64,000 bases of DNA from Callorhinchus milii. Taxonomy: Eukaryota. Every line of letters begins with the position of its first letter. The stretch's first letter is position 1. Under the pieces are notes generated by a model. The model was not told the origin of the DNA. It ran no database searches and worked only from the letters and a program-made list of their open reading frames with translations. Below, piece by piece: positions 37,323 to 49,961 of this stretch. The translations under genes were made by a program, and so were the position numbers. Location of the stretch: positions 47,492,001-47,556,000 of the forward strand of contig NW_024704746.1 in the NCBI RefSeq assembly GCF_018977255.1, given 5' to 3'.

Positions 37323-39562
37323 TTTACCAATTTGCCAATTTTATTTTTAGCATCTGGCTGCAGTTTATTGATCAGGTTTAGCAAACGCTTGCACAAATTA
37401 AATTTTCTATGAATGGACTCGACCTGTCAATTCTCTCAATTTGTAGTACCTTGGAACTCAGATGTAACAGTAAGGATTCAGAAAGATAATTAGAAAACAT
37501 CATGATATAATTCAGATATTCTTGTGGCTCTGAGTTACTCAGGAATGGTGATAAGACAATAGTGGCTTTCTAGTCCCTCTGAAAAAGGAAGATAATTTCT
37601 GACAAAAAGTCATTCTGATATTGGTAAATCAGCATACTTGTGTGAGAATATATAGCTGTGTGCACACCTGCCACAAAGCACAGTTATGCAGTGCATTAAT
37701 GGGCAAACATTTGTTTGTTGTATTATTGCCTGCCTCCTTTTTATGCAGAGGGACATATGACATTTTTAATTTTTTGTCTGAGATACATGAGGGGGCAGGA
37801 TATGAGATATTTTTTCTCTCTACATTATGGCTATTAAGATATGTGAATCTGCATGAGGGTTGAGAAACACAGAATGATTTTTCCCCTGAAAACCTTGTGT
37901 AAGAAAGTAAACATCAATTTAAGGTAGTCTTGAACAGTAAAGAGCCTTGTAATGAGCAGTTAATGAGGCCATTTGTGCACACTGCAGAGGATGAGAGGGA
38001 GTGGAAAGGCATTGCCCTTAACGCTTTGCAGAATGTAGCTCAGACAACCTTCTTTAAATGCAGATTTCATTTTAGTCAAATTAGTTTTGAATTGTGCAGT
38101 TTATATTATCTCCTGTATCTACAGTAATGAACCATTAAGATAATCTCATGTAAGGTTTCATTTATTGATCATTATTTTAGGAGAACACTTTAAATATTTA
38201 CTGATTCTGTCTGGAATGTGCACACTTTTGTTAAGCTAGATAATGTTAATATCACAGTGCAAAATCCCCCAAAATCTTCCCATTTCAATCAGGTATTATA
38301 CTGACCAAACACACTTAAGTACTGGAGCTAGTATGGGGAGGACGGGAGGAGAAGGAGAGAGATGAGACAAAGATGGAAAATAATTCTAATTTACAGTTTA
38401 AGGGCTGAAAATTAGACATTTAAATACATGTCTAGGGTTATCTCACAGAATCACATGAGTCACAACTGGAATTTACCATATTTTGAATTTCCAAAAGAAA
38501 TATCTATAACCTCAAAAATCTCCTCATCCTCAACATAAAATGCCTGGGTATTATTCTGCCCACCTGACATTTCATAATTTGTTTTTTAACTGAACATGTT
38601 TGTGATTCATTGCTTCGTTTCAGCAAATTAATTAAATGAAACTTTGCACCCACCTTGTCATTCATATAAGCAAGTGCTCGATCTGCACTCAGTGTCACCC
38701 ACCGTAGCATGACAAAGTCAATGGTGCAGTGTAAAGTTTAATTCTATTTAAATTCTTTAGATCTATTTTATAAATGTATATCTTATGTGTAGAAATTTAC
38801 TAAAGAAAAAAATACTTTTGGCATCACCTGTGGAAATAGATGCATTCCACCTTTAGATATAAAGTTGTCCAAACAAAATTTGGGATAGTTCTCCAAAAAA
38901 GTTACCAAAAGAAAAACTAGCAGATTATAAGCGATTTTGTCTTATAATGGTTAACAGGAAACAGTGCAGAGACAGTAATCCATTGCTAATCCCAAACTGT
39001 TGAAAATGAGTGAAACAATTCTTGGCACAGACAGCCGTTACCTTTCCTGTGCCTTCAGATTTCACGAGTCTGTGCAAGAACAAGTTAACCACATGAAAGC
39101 AATATACATCACTCAAGTCAAATATCTTCCATTAATGAAGTAATTTATTGCCAAAGGACAATGAAAACAGTGACTACTCTGCCACAAAAAAAGCTTAGAT
39201 CAATGTATTTACGTGCTTGCATTCTCCATCTGGCCTCACAAATACAAACTATATAATTACAAAACTTGAAACGTGAACTTTTCTTCTTTTATTATTGACA
39301 ACAACGTGTGGAACCTTATTCTTAGAAACGACATGCCGGAATTTGTCAATTCTTAAACTAGGATGATCTTCTGCAACATCTAATTTGTTTCTAAGTACAC
39401 AAGCATACTGTTGCAACACATTTTGGTTGCTATGATAAGTATTATAAGAATGCATTGCAGTCAGTTTTCCCTGCAACTATTATGTTCCTAATTAGTGAAG
39501 GGTCTCAGGAAGTGGTGTATTGCTCCAGGAATCCCAAGGGCTCTATTTCTGAAAAGACACTA

Positions 39563-40130
39563 CAGTAAAACCCACATAAGTCTTATCTTTTTAAATCATA
39601 TAATCACCAAAACGGTACATCTACCCGAGTCCTATTCAGTTTCCTATCATCAAAACCACTATGAATTCTTTTAATAGTCGTATTTATCACTTCCTAACTC
39701 GTAACGTCGCTTCCCTACCCTCCATTGCTCCCGCACTTACAGCTGCATTGAATCACGGGAAATGATCTAACCTGTTGGCATGCACACTTACATTGCATTG
39801 AATTTAGTCTTGATCTGTCACCACATGCACAGAAGAACTTAATTTCCCGCAAATCAATGCAATTCCAACATTTACCGATTAGTGAGCATGCAGCGATAAG
39901 GTAAAGACGCATTGAATCAAGGAAAACGTAGTCTTGACCAGTCACTGCATGCGCACTGACAGGTTGCAGTGATGAACTACCGCATGTGCCCTTATCGGCT
40001 GCACTGAATTACGCATGCACAGTGCAGATTATTGATTAAATCAGATTTTATACGATTTATACGGTTTGCCTGCAACTCATACTTTGCATAAGACATATTA
40101 TGCCTGATATGACTTATGCAAGTTTTATTG
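39563..40130 (-). mobile_element. pogo/Tigger-like MITE copy 3 (opposite orientation)
   Basis: TA|CAGTAAAACCCACATAAGTC ... GACTTATGCAAGTTTTATTG|TA; internal repeats are the reverse complement of those in copies 1 and 2. Confidence 0.87.
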
Positions 40131-40997
40131 TACTATATTATTCAATGCCTGAGACAGCCAAATTCAAAGTGAGTAAAAGAAAATTTCCAAAGCGGTAATG
40201 GAATTAGAGACAAACATGTCATGAAGGCTCAACTTCAGACAGCACAAATGATACGTGGGAGTGCTGTTGCACAGAGAATAATGGAAGCCCCAGAATGAGT
40301 AACTAAGTAATGAATCTTCAGTTTCGATTCCAGCTTTGTTGCTCAGGAGAAGTTCTGAATGTTTACGTGTAGAATATAGGAAGCCACTCAGTAAATTACA
40401 AAATGGTAATCCAATCAAGACGTTCAGATGATGCCATAAACCACAAAATAAAGCTTGTGCAGTTTATAACTGTTATACGAATCCCTGTGATTGGCTTACT
40501 GACTTAAATTGTTTGACATGCATCTGGTATTATTTATAATATATAATAGATTTTTCTGTAAAATATCTTGTCTGCTGGTTTCCTCTTTATGGCCACCATT
40601 TTATTTTATTTTTTTCTTTAAAGATGAAAGCAGGATCTGATGGACTATTAGTTTTGTGATGTTGACCCAACAGGCCTAAAATTATAACTCATAAATTAAG
40701 GTTTCAATTTGTGAATTTAATTTGAGCTTAGATTTAAATTCTCACCTTCACATCTTTGAGAAATTTATGCTGAAATGTATCACTCTACAAACTATATTTT
40801 ATGCCATTACAAGGGAGGGAGGAAAATATAATGGAGGATCAAGGGAATTTGTGCCAAGCAGGATTGGAAGGTGCATACTATCACATCACAATAGTGTCCA
40901 TTTTCCTTTAATCACAAAAAAACACTGTATTTTAGTATTAGAAGGAAAATATACTCTCCAATGACAATGTGCACAAATTCTCTTGTACAAAACACAA

Positions 40998-41125
40998 AAT
41001 GCTGGAAATCTGAAACAAAAACAGAGAGAGCTGGGAACACTCAGCAGGTCAGGCAGTATCTATGGAGAAAGGAAAGTGATTTCGGGTCTACGACCCTTCG
41101 TCAGAATAGAACCTTTCGTCAGAAC
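40998..41125 (-). mobile_element. Penelope-like element terminal-repeat remnant
   Basis: Plus strand ATGCTGGAAATCTGAAACAAAAACAGAGAGAGCTGGGAACACTCAGCAGGTCAGGCAGTATC resembles the common chondrichthyan Penelope-type terminal repeat and carries a hammerhead core. Confidence 0.7.
41072..41110 (-). ncRNA. Hammerhead ribozyme core (minimal, Penelope-type; probably degenerate)
   Basis: Minus strand reads CUGACGA-A-GGGUC-GUA-GACCC-GAAA: both conserved boxes flanking a perfect 5-bp stem II. Confidence 0.65.
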
Positions 41126-41249
41126 AAATTCTCTTGTTCCCGAATCACAGCATGTCTTTTCACAATGGTTTTATAAAGCTGTAGCAAAATGATTGTTATT
41201 TTTGTTCATGAGGTACTGGATGTTCGCAAATTTAACATTTTCCAACAGC

Positions 41250-41335
41250 TGTCACCCTAAGCCTCTGAGTTTCCTCATCAGATATCTGGCGGACATCTGC
41301 CTTCAGCGTGGGAGAACCTTTACAGGACAGCTTTT
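41250..41335 (-). mobile_element. CCHC LINE family fragment
   Basis: Reverse complement of about 15330-15415 (AGCTGTCCTGTAAAGG...CTGAAGGCAGATGTC). Confidence 0.7.
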
Positions 41336-41380
41336 GATCTTTAGATTTTCTTTATCCCCTGTAGTATACTGAATGCTAAC

Positions 41381-41708
41381 TTAATAATAATAATACTCCT
41401 TGCATTTGATATAGCGCTTTTCACGTCGGGAGGACGTCCCAAAGCGCTTCACAGAACACACTGTAAAGTGAATTGACTGTATATTTGTGGGCGAACGCGG
41501 CAGCCAATTGCGCACAGCAATATCCCACAAACAGTCGTAGATTGAAAATGACCAATTTATTATTGTTTTTTGGTTTTTTGGAGGGATTATTATTGGGCGT
41601 GTGGAGTAAGGTAAGTTAACTTGCCCAAGGTTTCGCCCTGCCTGGAATTGAACTCAGGTCTCTCGCTTGCAAAGCGAGTGCTCTAACCACTGAGCTACAG
41701 GACTCCAC
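41381..41708 (-). mobile_element. Full-length young tRNA-Ala(TGC)-derived SINE (short subfamily)
   Basis: Head 41635-41703 has box A and box B, and anticodon stem CTCGC-TTTGCAA-GCGAG. Tail is AGCGCTTTGGGACGTCCTCCCGACGTGAAAAGCGCT. Confidence 0.95.
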
Positions 41709-42317
41709 AATTTATACGAAAGTGTCAATTAGCTGCTCAAAACAACTCCCAATAATATGCATTAATTCAGATGAGTGCATGATGCATTAACCCAGCATGA
41801 TTTTCGGTAGAGAAAGAGATCCACAGAAACCCTTGGAGGAGATAAAGGATCAGTGAGACTTCATAGAACATTCTGTCCATTTGTAGTCATTATACGTAAA
41901 GATATTTTGAGATAAAGGAAATGACTCAAAGGTGATAAAAACAATTCCAGATTTTACATTATTGTGATATGAACATAGGTAGAGTTAAAATATGAAAGAT
42001 TTTTCAAAGTAGAAAGGGTCTTCATAAATGGCAGTTATGGATAAATACTTTATGCAGAATAAGCTAAGCAAAAGGAAAAAAAAGTGGGAAAATTTAAAAA
42101 ATGTTGACAACATTTAAAATAAGAATTTATTTTCCCAACCCTTGGTCAGGAGGCTAAACTCACTTGATGTAGCTACTAATTGATGAAGGATCAAGCTTGT
42201 TGAAGCCAACTATGGAGACTATTAGCAAATCAGTCATCAGATAGAATACAAAACAGATACTGTACACACTAGAAATCAATCAAAAGACATATGAAAAATA
42301 AACTTAACAGGGCAAAA

Positions 42318-42545
42318 TCATAGAATTTTAGAATCATACAACACAGAAGAAGGCCATTCGACCCATCATGTCCGTGCCGGCACTTTGTAAGAGCTATCCA
42401 AATTAATCCCACTCCCCCGCGCTCTCCCCGTAGCCCTGCAAATTTGTCGTCCTCAAATATCTATCTGCTTCTCTCATGAAAGTTATTATCGAATCGGCTT
42501 CCACCACCCTTTCAGGCAATGCATTCCAGATCCGAACAACTCGAA
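42318..42545 (-). mobile_element. CR1 LINE 3' end
   Basis: CATAGAAT...AGAATCATACAACACAGAAGAAGGCCATTCGACCCATC (reverse complement of the CR1 3' end); VRIWNALPERVVEA on the minus strand. Confidence 0.9.
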
Positions 42546-43119
42546 ATGTCTTGTTGCGTCAAGTAGGGAATTAATCTGACCTTTATTTTTAACCTCTAAT
42601 GATTCAGTCAGCATCAGTAAGATAAGTAAAATAAAAGAAACCCATTGTACTGTTTTGAAATGAGAAAAATATGGCCTTAATCAGACAAATTTCACCCTTG
42701 ATTTTGTGCACGAGTCTGCAGAATGAGTACTTGGATCAACGTATATGCAGGTGTCCGTGTGTATTGGGGGAGGGAATGGCAGCTGAATCTTTCTGACATA
42801 TTTATGCTAAATATGAGTGTTGATGGGATTGATAGGGATGGCTTGGAGGAGTTTCTAATTCCAAATGTGTGGGGGAGCAAAATAGATGTTGCCTTTGCTG
42901 ATGTGAAATATTTGGAAAAACTGCTACCAAGTGTATAAAATATAGTATGTAACATTATTTTGCAATATCAATATTAATCACACCAGTAAACATCTGGTGA
43001 TTTTATTGCAGTCATTAATCCTTTAGTGGGGAGGGGAACATCATGTGGGTTTTGCCCCCTGACCAGCATCGCTAAATTTTTAATAAAAGAAAGTGATTTT
43101 CAAGCCATAATCTTGCCGC

Positions 43120-43347
43120 TCACTCACTCTCCCCTCCCCTCGCTCCTCTCCCACGTGACCGCCACTCACTCACCCCTCCCATGTAACCACCTCCCCCGAG
43201 ACCAACTGCCACTTACTGCCTCCACTGCGCCTGCGCCATTCATTCGCCCTTCACTCTGGAACACTCGGAGTCAGGTTCTGCCACTGTAAAGCGCTCAGAG
43301 ACGCTACCCTGCCTGGAGGGCGCTATATAAATGCAAGTTGTTGTTGT
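43120..43347 (+). mobile_element. L2 3' end (type B-like tail)
   Basis: AGCGCTCAGAGACGCTACCCTGCCTGGAGGGCGCTATATAAATGCAAGTTGTTGTTG. Confidence 0.75.
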
Positions 43348-43405
43348 ATAATCTGACCAAGGGATTTCAGATGCAAAAACTCTCAGTCAATAACATAATT
43401 TTAAT

Positions 43406-43925
43406 TCTTAAAGGAGTTCTGAATATGGTGGGCATCACTTTAAGATGCCCACCACATTCAAAACAATGATAGAACAAGTCTTGCAAGTTACTGTTTCCTA
43501 ACAAAAACAGGAAATGTGAGGCAAATTGGTTACATCATTGTTTTTTCATACTGCCTGCTGCATTTTTAAATTCAAATAGTGCTCACCAACAACAGCTAAT
43601 GTACCAAACTGTTTTCTTATTTTATCATTTTGTTGGTTTGCAAAGGACATGTAAAAGCAAACAAAACACAACAAGATAAGTAAAATGCTCACTTTACAAA
43701 TGTCTTCATCCAGTAACAAACATTCTACATGGCAACAAAGTAGGCTCCAAAACACAAAAGGAAATGTGTTTTGTATACAAGAAGTAAACACAACATCATT
43801 AGTAACTGTTTTTGAGGCTATTTCAATTGAAAATAGAGTTTGTGGGCACATTATGATTCACTGTTTTAATTACTTGCTCTTCACAAGTAACTCTTAAAGG
43901 AGTTTTGAATATGGTGGGCATCACT
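43406..43925. repeat. Direct plus inverted repeat arrangement (A, A', ~430-bp spacer, A)
   Basis: TCTTAAAGGAGTTYTGAATATGGTGGGCATCACT occurs at 43406 and 43892, with an inverted partial copy GATGCCCACCACATTCAAAAC at 43444-43464. Confidence 0.85.
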
Positions 43926-44296
43926 CATTAAAAAATTCTGATTAACATGACACACAATTCAACTTGAATGCGATTGCAGTTGTGTGAGAAGGTTGCAGGA
44001 GAATTTGAAGGAAGTGGCAAATGTCACCTGCAGATTCTTTTAGACCATGGTGAATTGGAACATTGAGTTTACATAACACAAATGACCCGACTTGCATTCT
44101 TTATGCTGCATTTAGAGTCTTGTAAATCTGAATCTTTGAATCTTTCTATTCGGTTCTAACCATCAAGGACCACTTCAAATTTCCCTACATTAAGCTTTAT
44201 ACGTCACCTGTATGCCCAGTCTGCAAGCCTATTTATGACTTCCTGCATCTTGCATATCCAATGCAAATAACATGGATTTCAACTTACCTGTTTTTA

Positions 44297-44363
44297 GCAG
44301 CTTGGGATGTCCTCGCGACATGAAAGGCGCAATGTAAATACAATTTGTTGTGGTTGTTGTTGT
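44297..44363 (+). mobile_element. Solo L2 3' tail
   Basis: CTTGGGATGTCCTCGCGACATGAAAGGCGC...TTGTTGTGGTTGTTGTTG. Confidence 0.7.
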
Positions 44364-45049
44364 GTAGTTGCATATATATGAATAAGTACTGCTTTGAAAA
44401 GAAAAGTTACTAACATTCATGCATGGCCATTATATCAACATTCAAACCACATGAAAAATGTAATGTGCGGCCTTCATTTTTGACTGTAACTAAAGATAAT
44501 GTGAGCTTCATTTCTTAGCCAGAAGCAATCTAAAAGTCTGGAAGCTAAGAGAGGGAATCAAAAACTGATGAATTACAACTCAAACATATGTTTAGATTTC
44601 ATACCTGGAGGTGATGTGAATTGTCAGATAGATTATCTTCCCTTCGTCGTGCTTCTTCGAGCAACTGAGCATTCCTTTTCTTTTCTACCTGTTCTTTATG
44701 CTTTAGATTGGCCACCTTTTTGCTCTGTTCCTTTATCTGTCTATAAAAGAAGTTTTAAGAATATTAAGTAGGGTAGTGTTACAAAAATATCAGTTATGCA
44801 TTTGACAGGTCTATCAGTACAGTGAAATATTGACAGTGTGACAGAGCAGTTTGGTGTATTCTGTATACCCCATTATAGCAAAAATGTAAACTCAATAAAA
44901 ACCTTCACCACGATCCTACCAGAGTCAACAGGATTCACTTATGAAGAATGATTTGAGAAGTTGAGATTTTTTTTTAACTTGTGTTGAACAGGTTAAGTTG
45001 TGACCTAAAAGAGACTTTCAAGATCATGAGGGGTAATGATAAGTTACTC

Positions 45050-45828
45050 ATAAGTAGCTGTTTCTCAAGCTCTGCACCTCCAAATGGTGGAACCATCGCT
45101 TAATAGGAAGGGATATGTTTCCGAGCTGAGGGCAGGAAGATGGTGGGGATGCTCTCACGTATTTATGCTGAGCTGCTTGTCCACCATGAAATTTGCAGGG
45201 AGTTATTGGTACCTGCCATCCACCCAGTGAGGGCTTAATTCCGCGCTTGTCAGATGTCAAGTGACAAACTAGTAGCTTTCTTCCTGGAATGGGAGGGGGG
45301 GGGTGGGGGTAAAGCAGGTTCTTCTTGAAGCTGTGCTGAAGGTGATACATTTAGCAGTGGAATGTCAGAATTCCTTCTGCGGTGGTCTCGTTAATCCAGT
45401 TCCTGAGCCAGACGGGTCCACAGTATTCCAGGGCACTGCTGATGACAGCCGAGCCAGCATGGCAGGGTATAGAAGGGCAGACCAGTCACGGGGGACAAAG
45501 ATTCTTCCAAATCAGCTCCTGTTAACCCTACAAGCCAAAGCCCTTAGCTGGATAAGCAGCGGGAAAGCAATGCTTTCAATAACAAGCTTGCAGTTTTAGC
45601 TGGTTAAAGTTCAGCAGTACCCCAACAACATTCTGGGATCCCAAGCCTTGGCTCATGCCAAGCTGCACCTAATACTTTCTGGAATTAGGTAAGCAGGATG
45701 AGTCTCTACAGGAATTACATTCCGACAAATATCTTTGGAATTTCCATATATAGTTGGGATGCATGGAACTCTCTTAAGCATGGGATGGATTTCCGTATGT
45801 GTCACACACCTGGCTGATCACAAGAAAA
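45050..45828 (+). mobile_element. CCHC LINE family 3' part
   Basis: Decayed LFLKLCTSKWWNHRLIGRDMFPS*GQEDGGDAL, and a 3' UTR homologous to 15700-16290. Confidence 0.75.
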
Positions 45829-46764
45829 CAAGTCTACTTTCCAGCATCTCTATTACATCGCTCATCTCAGCACAACCTCACTGTCAACTATCTTCCCTCC
45901 TGGTTCTAGTTCCTACTGTGTCTTTGGAAAGCTATCTGATACATTCTCCCTATGTGAAAGCCACAAAATAAGTGTAAATTGGTCTTGTTACAGGAGTAGA
46001 CAGGTCTTCCAAATCTCCAAGTAACTGATTACAGACAAAAAAGTTTGATAGCAGCCCTCTTAAGTGAGGAATTTTAAATGGTGTTGAGAAGGGGAAGCAG
46101 GAATGCTCTGTCATTCTCTGAATTCCTCTACTTCTACTTTGATACATCAATCTTCGGAAATGTTGCAGAAAATCAGTTCAACAGATGTTATATTAAAGAA
46201 CTCTACATTTTAAAAACACAAAAAAAGACTTACAGCACTGAATGGATTAAGTACTAAACAAGATACAACTTGAATTTGCCTTAACATTGTTTTGGACTGA
46301 AAGAGCAACACATAGCTATACCCACCTTCATACCTAGAGTTTGACAAAATTGATTTCAATTAACAGTGCAGAAGAGAATGCATACAATCAATGATTAAAC
46401 ACAGATTGATGGTCAGAAATTAACCAGGCTGAAAAGTTTTACTTTTCCCACTTGTTCATGAAATTGGCGTTGAAACAAGTTACCTGCAGCAGCTCATAGC
46501 CATGTACTATATTCAACACAGTACTATATTCAACAGATCGGAGATTGCTGATGGAATCAAACAATATCCATATTTATAGGACCTTTTAATATACACAAAA
46601 GATTACATAACATTGGAGATTTCGCTAAAAGATTGGTACTTTTACACATCAAAAGAGAATTTTTTTTCCCTTTCCACAATAGCTACAAATCAACATTGAG
46701 AACACACATTGGAGGCTATTAAAACTTGGTTCATTAATTTGATTACTTCACCATAACACAAGTT

Positions 46765-46905
46765 ATTTTTGCTGTGTGCAATTGACTGCTGGGTTTCGCT
46801 CACAAATATACACTCAATTCACTTTACAGTATTTCCTGTGAAGCGCTTTGAAACGTTGAGAAGACATGAAAAGCGCTATATTAAACCCAAGGATTATTAT
46901 TATAA
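46765..46905 (+). mobile_element. SINE 3' half
   Basis: TGCTGTGTGCAATTGACTGC...GACATGAAAAGCGCTATA...GGATTATTATT. Confidence 0.8.
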
Positions 46906-48519
46906 TACCATATAATAACCCTGCTTGTAAAATACCAAATTAGCCATTCCATCTTAACAATCTGTATTCACATTATTACTACTTTTTTCAAATCTGAACT
47001 ACAGCTATCTCTTTTTAACTTCCAAATGAACTTGTGTGAAATTGAACAAAGCCATGCAGCCTGGAATGCCTTTTCAACTGGTTCTGCTTAGCCTGGTGGT
47101 GCTGTGGCAGGCACTTCCTGAATATATGTTTGTAACTTCAAACATTTGAAGGTAGCCACATGTGTGAGGAGATTTTGTAAGCTCCTGCACAGCTGGACCA
47201 CGTGGTTGGGAGTCCCATTCAAAGTTAAAACCGGATAATCTGGCTGTGTTAAGTAAGTACAATTCACTCCTACCCATCGTCAGCAGTATACAAACATGCC
47301 TCCTACTGACAGAAATTTTATATGACACAATCATAATAGCTGAGAAAAAACCTCGTTAGCTTGAAAGAAAATTCATAGATCAAACAAAGCTAATAATTAA
47401 TAATATCAAAAAATAGTTCAATTTAACATAGACTTAAGTTAACTATAGACTTAAGTAAAAAATGAATTTATATGGATCTGAAAAGTGGACAAGGTTGGTA
47501 CCATTTCATATAATTTAAACCAATGCTTACAGATTTATATCCTGTTCAAATTTGTATCAAAAAGATTTGCCCACAAAATACACAATTTACATTAAATCCT
47601 GTGAAGTGCTTTAAGATGTTCTGCCAATTGCAAAGGTGCTAAAGTAAATGCAAGGATTATTTTTATTCACCAACATAAATTTTAACAAAATTTTAAACCT
47701 TTTCAATGGTTAAACCAATGAAATAGTCACCATCGTGCAACTAGACTTCAACTATCAGCTAAATTACAAAATGTTAACTTCTAGTTGCTCCTCTTGTTTA
47801 AGTTCCTTGACAAAGATTACTGCTTTTTTAATTCTGCTCTTTGCGTCACTGTTAAAATCAGGAGTTTTTTTTAACAGAAAGAGCAGCATATAGATGAAAT
47901 TTGAGATACCAAACTTTTGTAATGGGAAATAAAATTTGAGGCTGCAATTTTGGCCAAATCAAAGCAAATAGGTCAGTTTACTTCCTCAGCCTTTCTTAAT
48001 TCTATTTTGCCTTTGGGGAGGGAGACAAAATCCTCCCTCAGAAATGCAACACAGCTGTGCTGGGTCATTAATTAATTTTCAGAGTCCAATGCAAATTAGA
48101 ATGAAACTGTCAAATTTCCTTTTTTTTTACCCAAACCTATTCCTCATCAAGCCAGAAATAAATTGAGGATGTTCTATGTGGACTTTTGACCATTTGTTTT
48201 CTCCCTAGCTCTATGAAAACAAAACATTTTATATCAGTTCAGATCGAGCTCAAGACTTTTTGCTGGTATTCTACATTCAGAGTTTACATCAGTTTAGTAA
48301 GCTTTCTTATGGATTTAACCAAATTGGCTGTCTGTCAAAGGTTCAATCTCAGAGGAGCTGCAAGCCCTCTTACATAACTGCAAAATATTTGCCTCTTGGC
48401 AATGGGAAGGTAAGTAACATTCCCCTTTGTAAAAAAAAGTAATTTTGGTCAATTTCAATGCATTGTGAATAGAAAAGTATTTCATTTAAAAATCACTGGT
48501 GTGGCCCAAGTCACAGGCA

Positions 48520-48790
48520 CAACCTTCAGTTGAGATGTTAAACCAAGATCCTGACTGCCTGTTCAGGTGGACAGTGATGGTCCTGTGGCACTATTCAAAA
48601 GAGAAGGAAGTTTCTCCCAGTGTCTTGGTCAACAACCCTCCAGATAAAATTGGCCAAAATTCACTTCATGGTTGTTTGTCAGCATTGCTGTTTGCAAATT
48701 AGCTGCATATTGACCTATAAAAATAAACTATCCAGCCACTACATTTTATTGTCAAATCTGTGCAGCACTTTGAGATGGCTTTCTGATGAG
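48520..48790 (+). mobile_element. Old Deu-domain SINE
   Basis: GAGATGTTAAACCAAG...TTCAGGTGGAC...GGCACTATTCAAAAGAGAAGGAAGTTTCTCCCAGTGTCTTGG. Confidence 0.72.
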
Positions 48791-49676
48791 AAAGCTGCTA
48801 CATCTTTATTTATTTCAAAGTGTTTTACAGACAATGTAGGAGCTCAAGCTGGGAAGGAGATGACCAAAAGTAGTCAAAAACATAGATCTGCGGATGGGTT
48901 TTGAAAGCAGAGAGAGGGACAAGGAGGAGGGATTTTGAAAGCGTGTTCTAAACTGGGGGGCTGAAAGGTCGTCTGCTCGTGGTAGGGTCAACACTGTTAG
49001 ATGCTGAAGAGATGCCTCAAAGGTATGAGAGGAAGGGCCAACATCTTGCTGATTGTATTATATTTTTATCTGTGAATTTTTAAAGTGTATTTTTAGGAAC
49101 ACACAAAGAAAAAACTACTCCATTCACATCTTTGTTTCTCAGTAGCAAGTTCAGACAAATTTTCATTGGCCAATGGAGACAATCGTCATCAATTGCATGT
49201 AATCTTCTCAGAAGAGTTTGAATCTGCCAAAACCAAACAGAAAAAAATGCACACAAACATAGGGGTCATCTTAAACTATCTGGCCTCCTTTAATGTGCTA
49301 GAGTTTTAAGAAAGAAAAAAACATTCATGCACACAACCTAGGGGACACAGCATATCTGGTCTGCTTCAAAACTCATCTGCTGATTCGGCTACAATTTTCG
49401 TGCCTCAGCTTTCCACACCATTACCTCCTACGGTCAACAGTTTGTCAAACACAGATACAGTTTTAACTCTTTCAAATGCACATTCTGAAAATGTCATTTA
49501 TCTACTGTTAAAAACGATTCATTCATTTCTCATACAAAAGCAGTCACAAGGATTAAAAATAGGAAGTGTTGAAAGGCACAGGTGTTTTCTACTCCCTCGC
49601 TCAACATATTTCATTAATTTATGTGTTAAGGATATTCATTTGTTAAGTTTTGTCACTGTACCCTTGTAAATAAAAA

Positions 49677-49961
49677 GTCCTGTAGCATATTGGTTAGAGC
49701 ACTCGCCTTGCAAGCGAGAGGACCTGGGTTTGATTTCCGGGCAGGGCGAAACGTTGGGCAAGTTTCTTTACTCCACACACCTCGTTTACCTTGCAGCAAG
49801 TAGGAACCCAGCTGTTAGTTGATTGGAGGACCACTTTCCAGGGGTAATCATCCCTCCCCCCAAAAAAACTGTGGACACTGCTGTGTGCATTTGGCTGCCG
49901 CATTTCATCCACAGAATATACATCAATTTACTTTACAGTATATTCTGTGAAGCTCTTTGAG
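49677..49961 (+). mobile_element. tRNA-derived SINE (long subfamily), interrupted just before its tail
   Basis: GTCCTGTAGC..TGGTTAGAGCACTCGCCTTGCAAGCGAG head; it stops at GTGAAGCTCTTTGAGA where an antisense L2 tail begins. Confidence 0.88.

Noticed and set aside
36683-37396. 237-aa minus-strand ORF
   Set aside because: It reads through an internally deleted L2, mostly in a non-native frame.
42692-42955. Overlapping 87-aa and 71-aa ORFs
   Set aside because: No recognisable domain or convincing splice-site pair; the lengths are compatible with chance.
46504-46537. Short tandem duplications (also near 36402, 47428 and 62027)
   Set aside because: Ordinary slippage-type duplications of 7-17 bp with no further structure.
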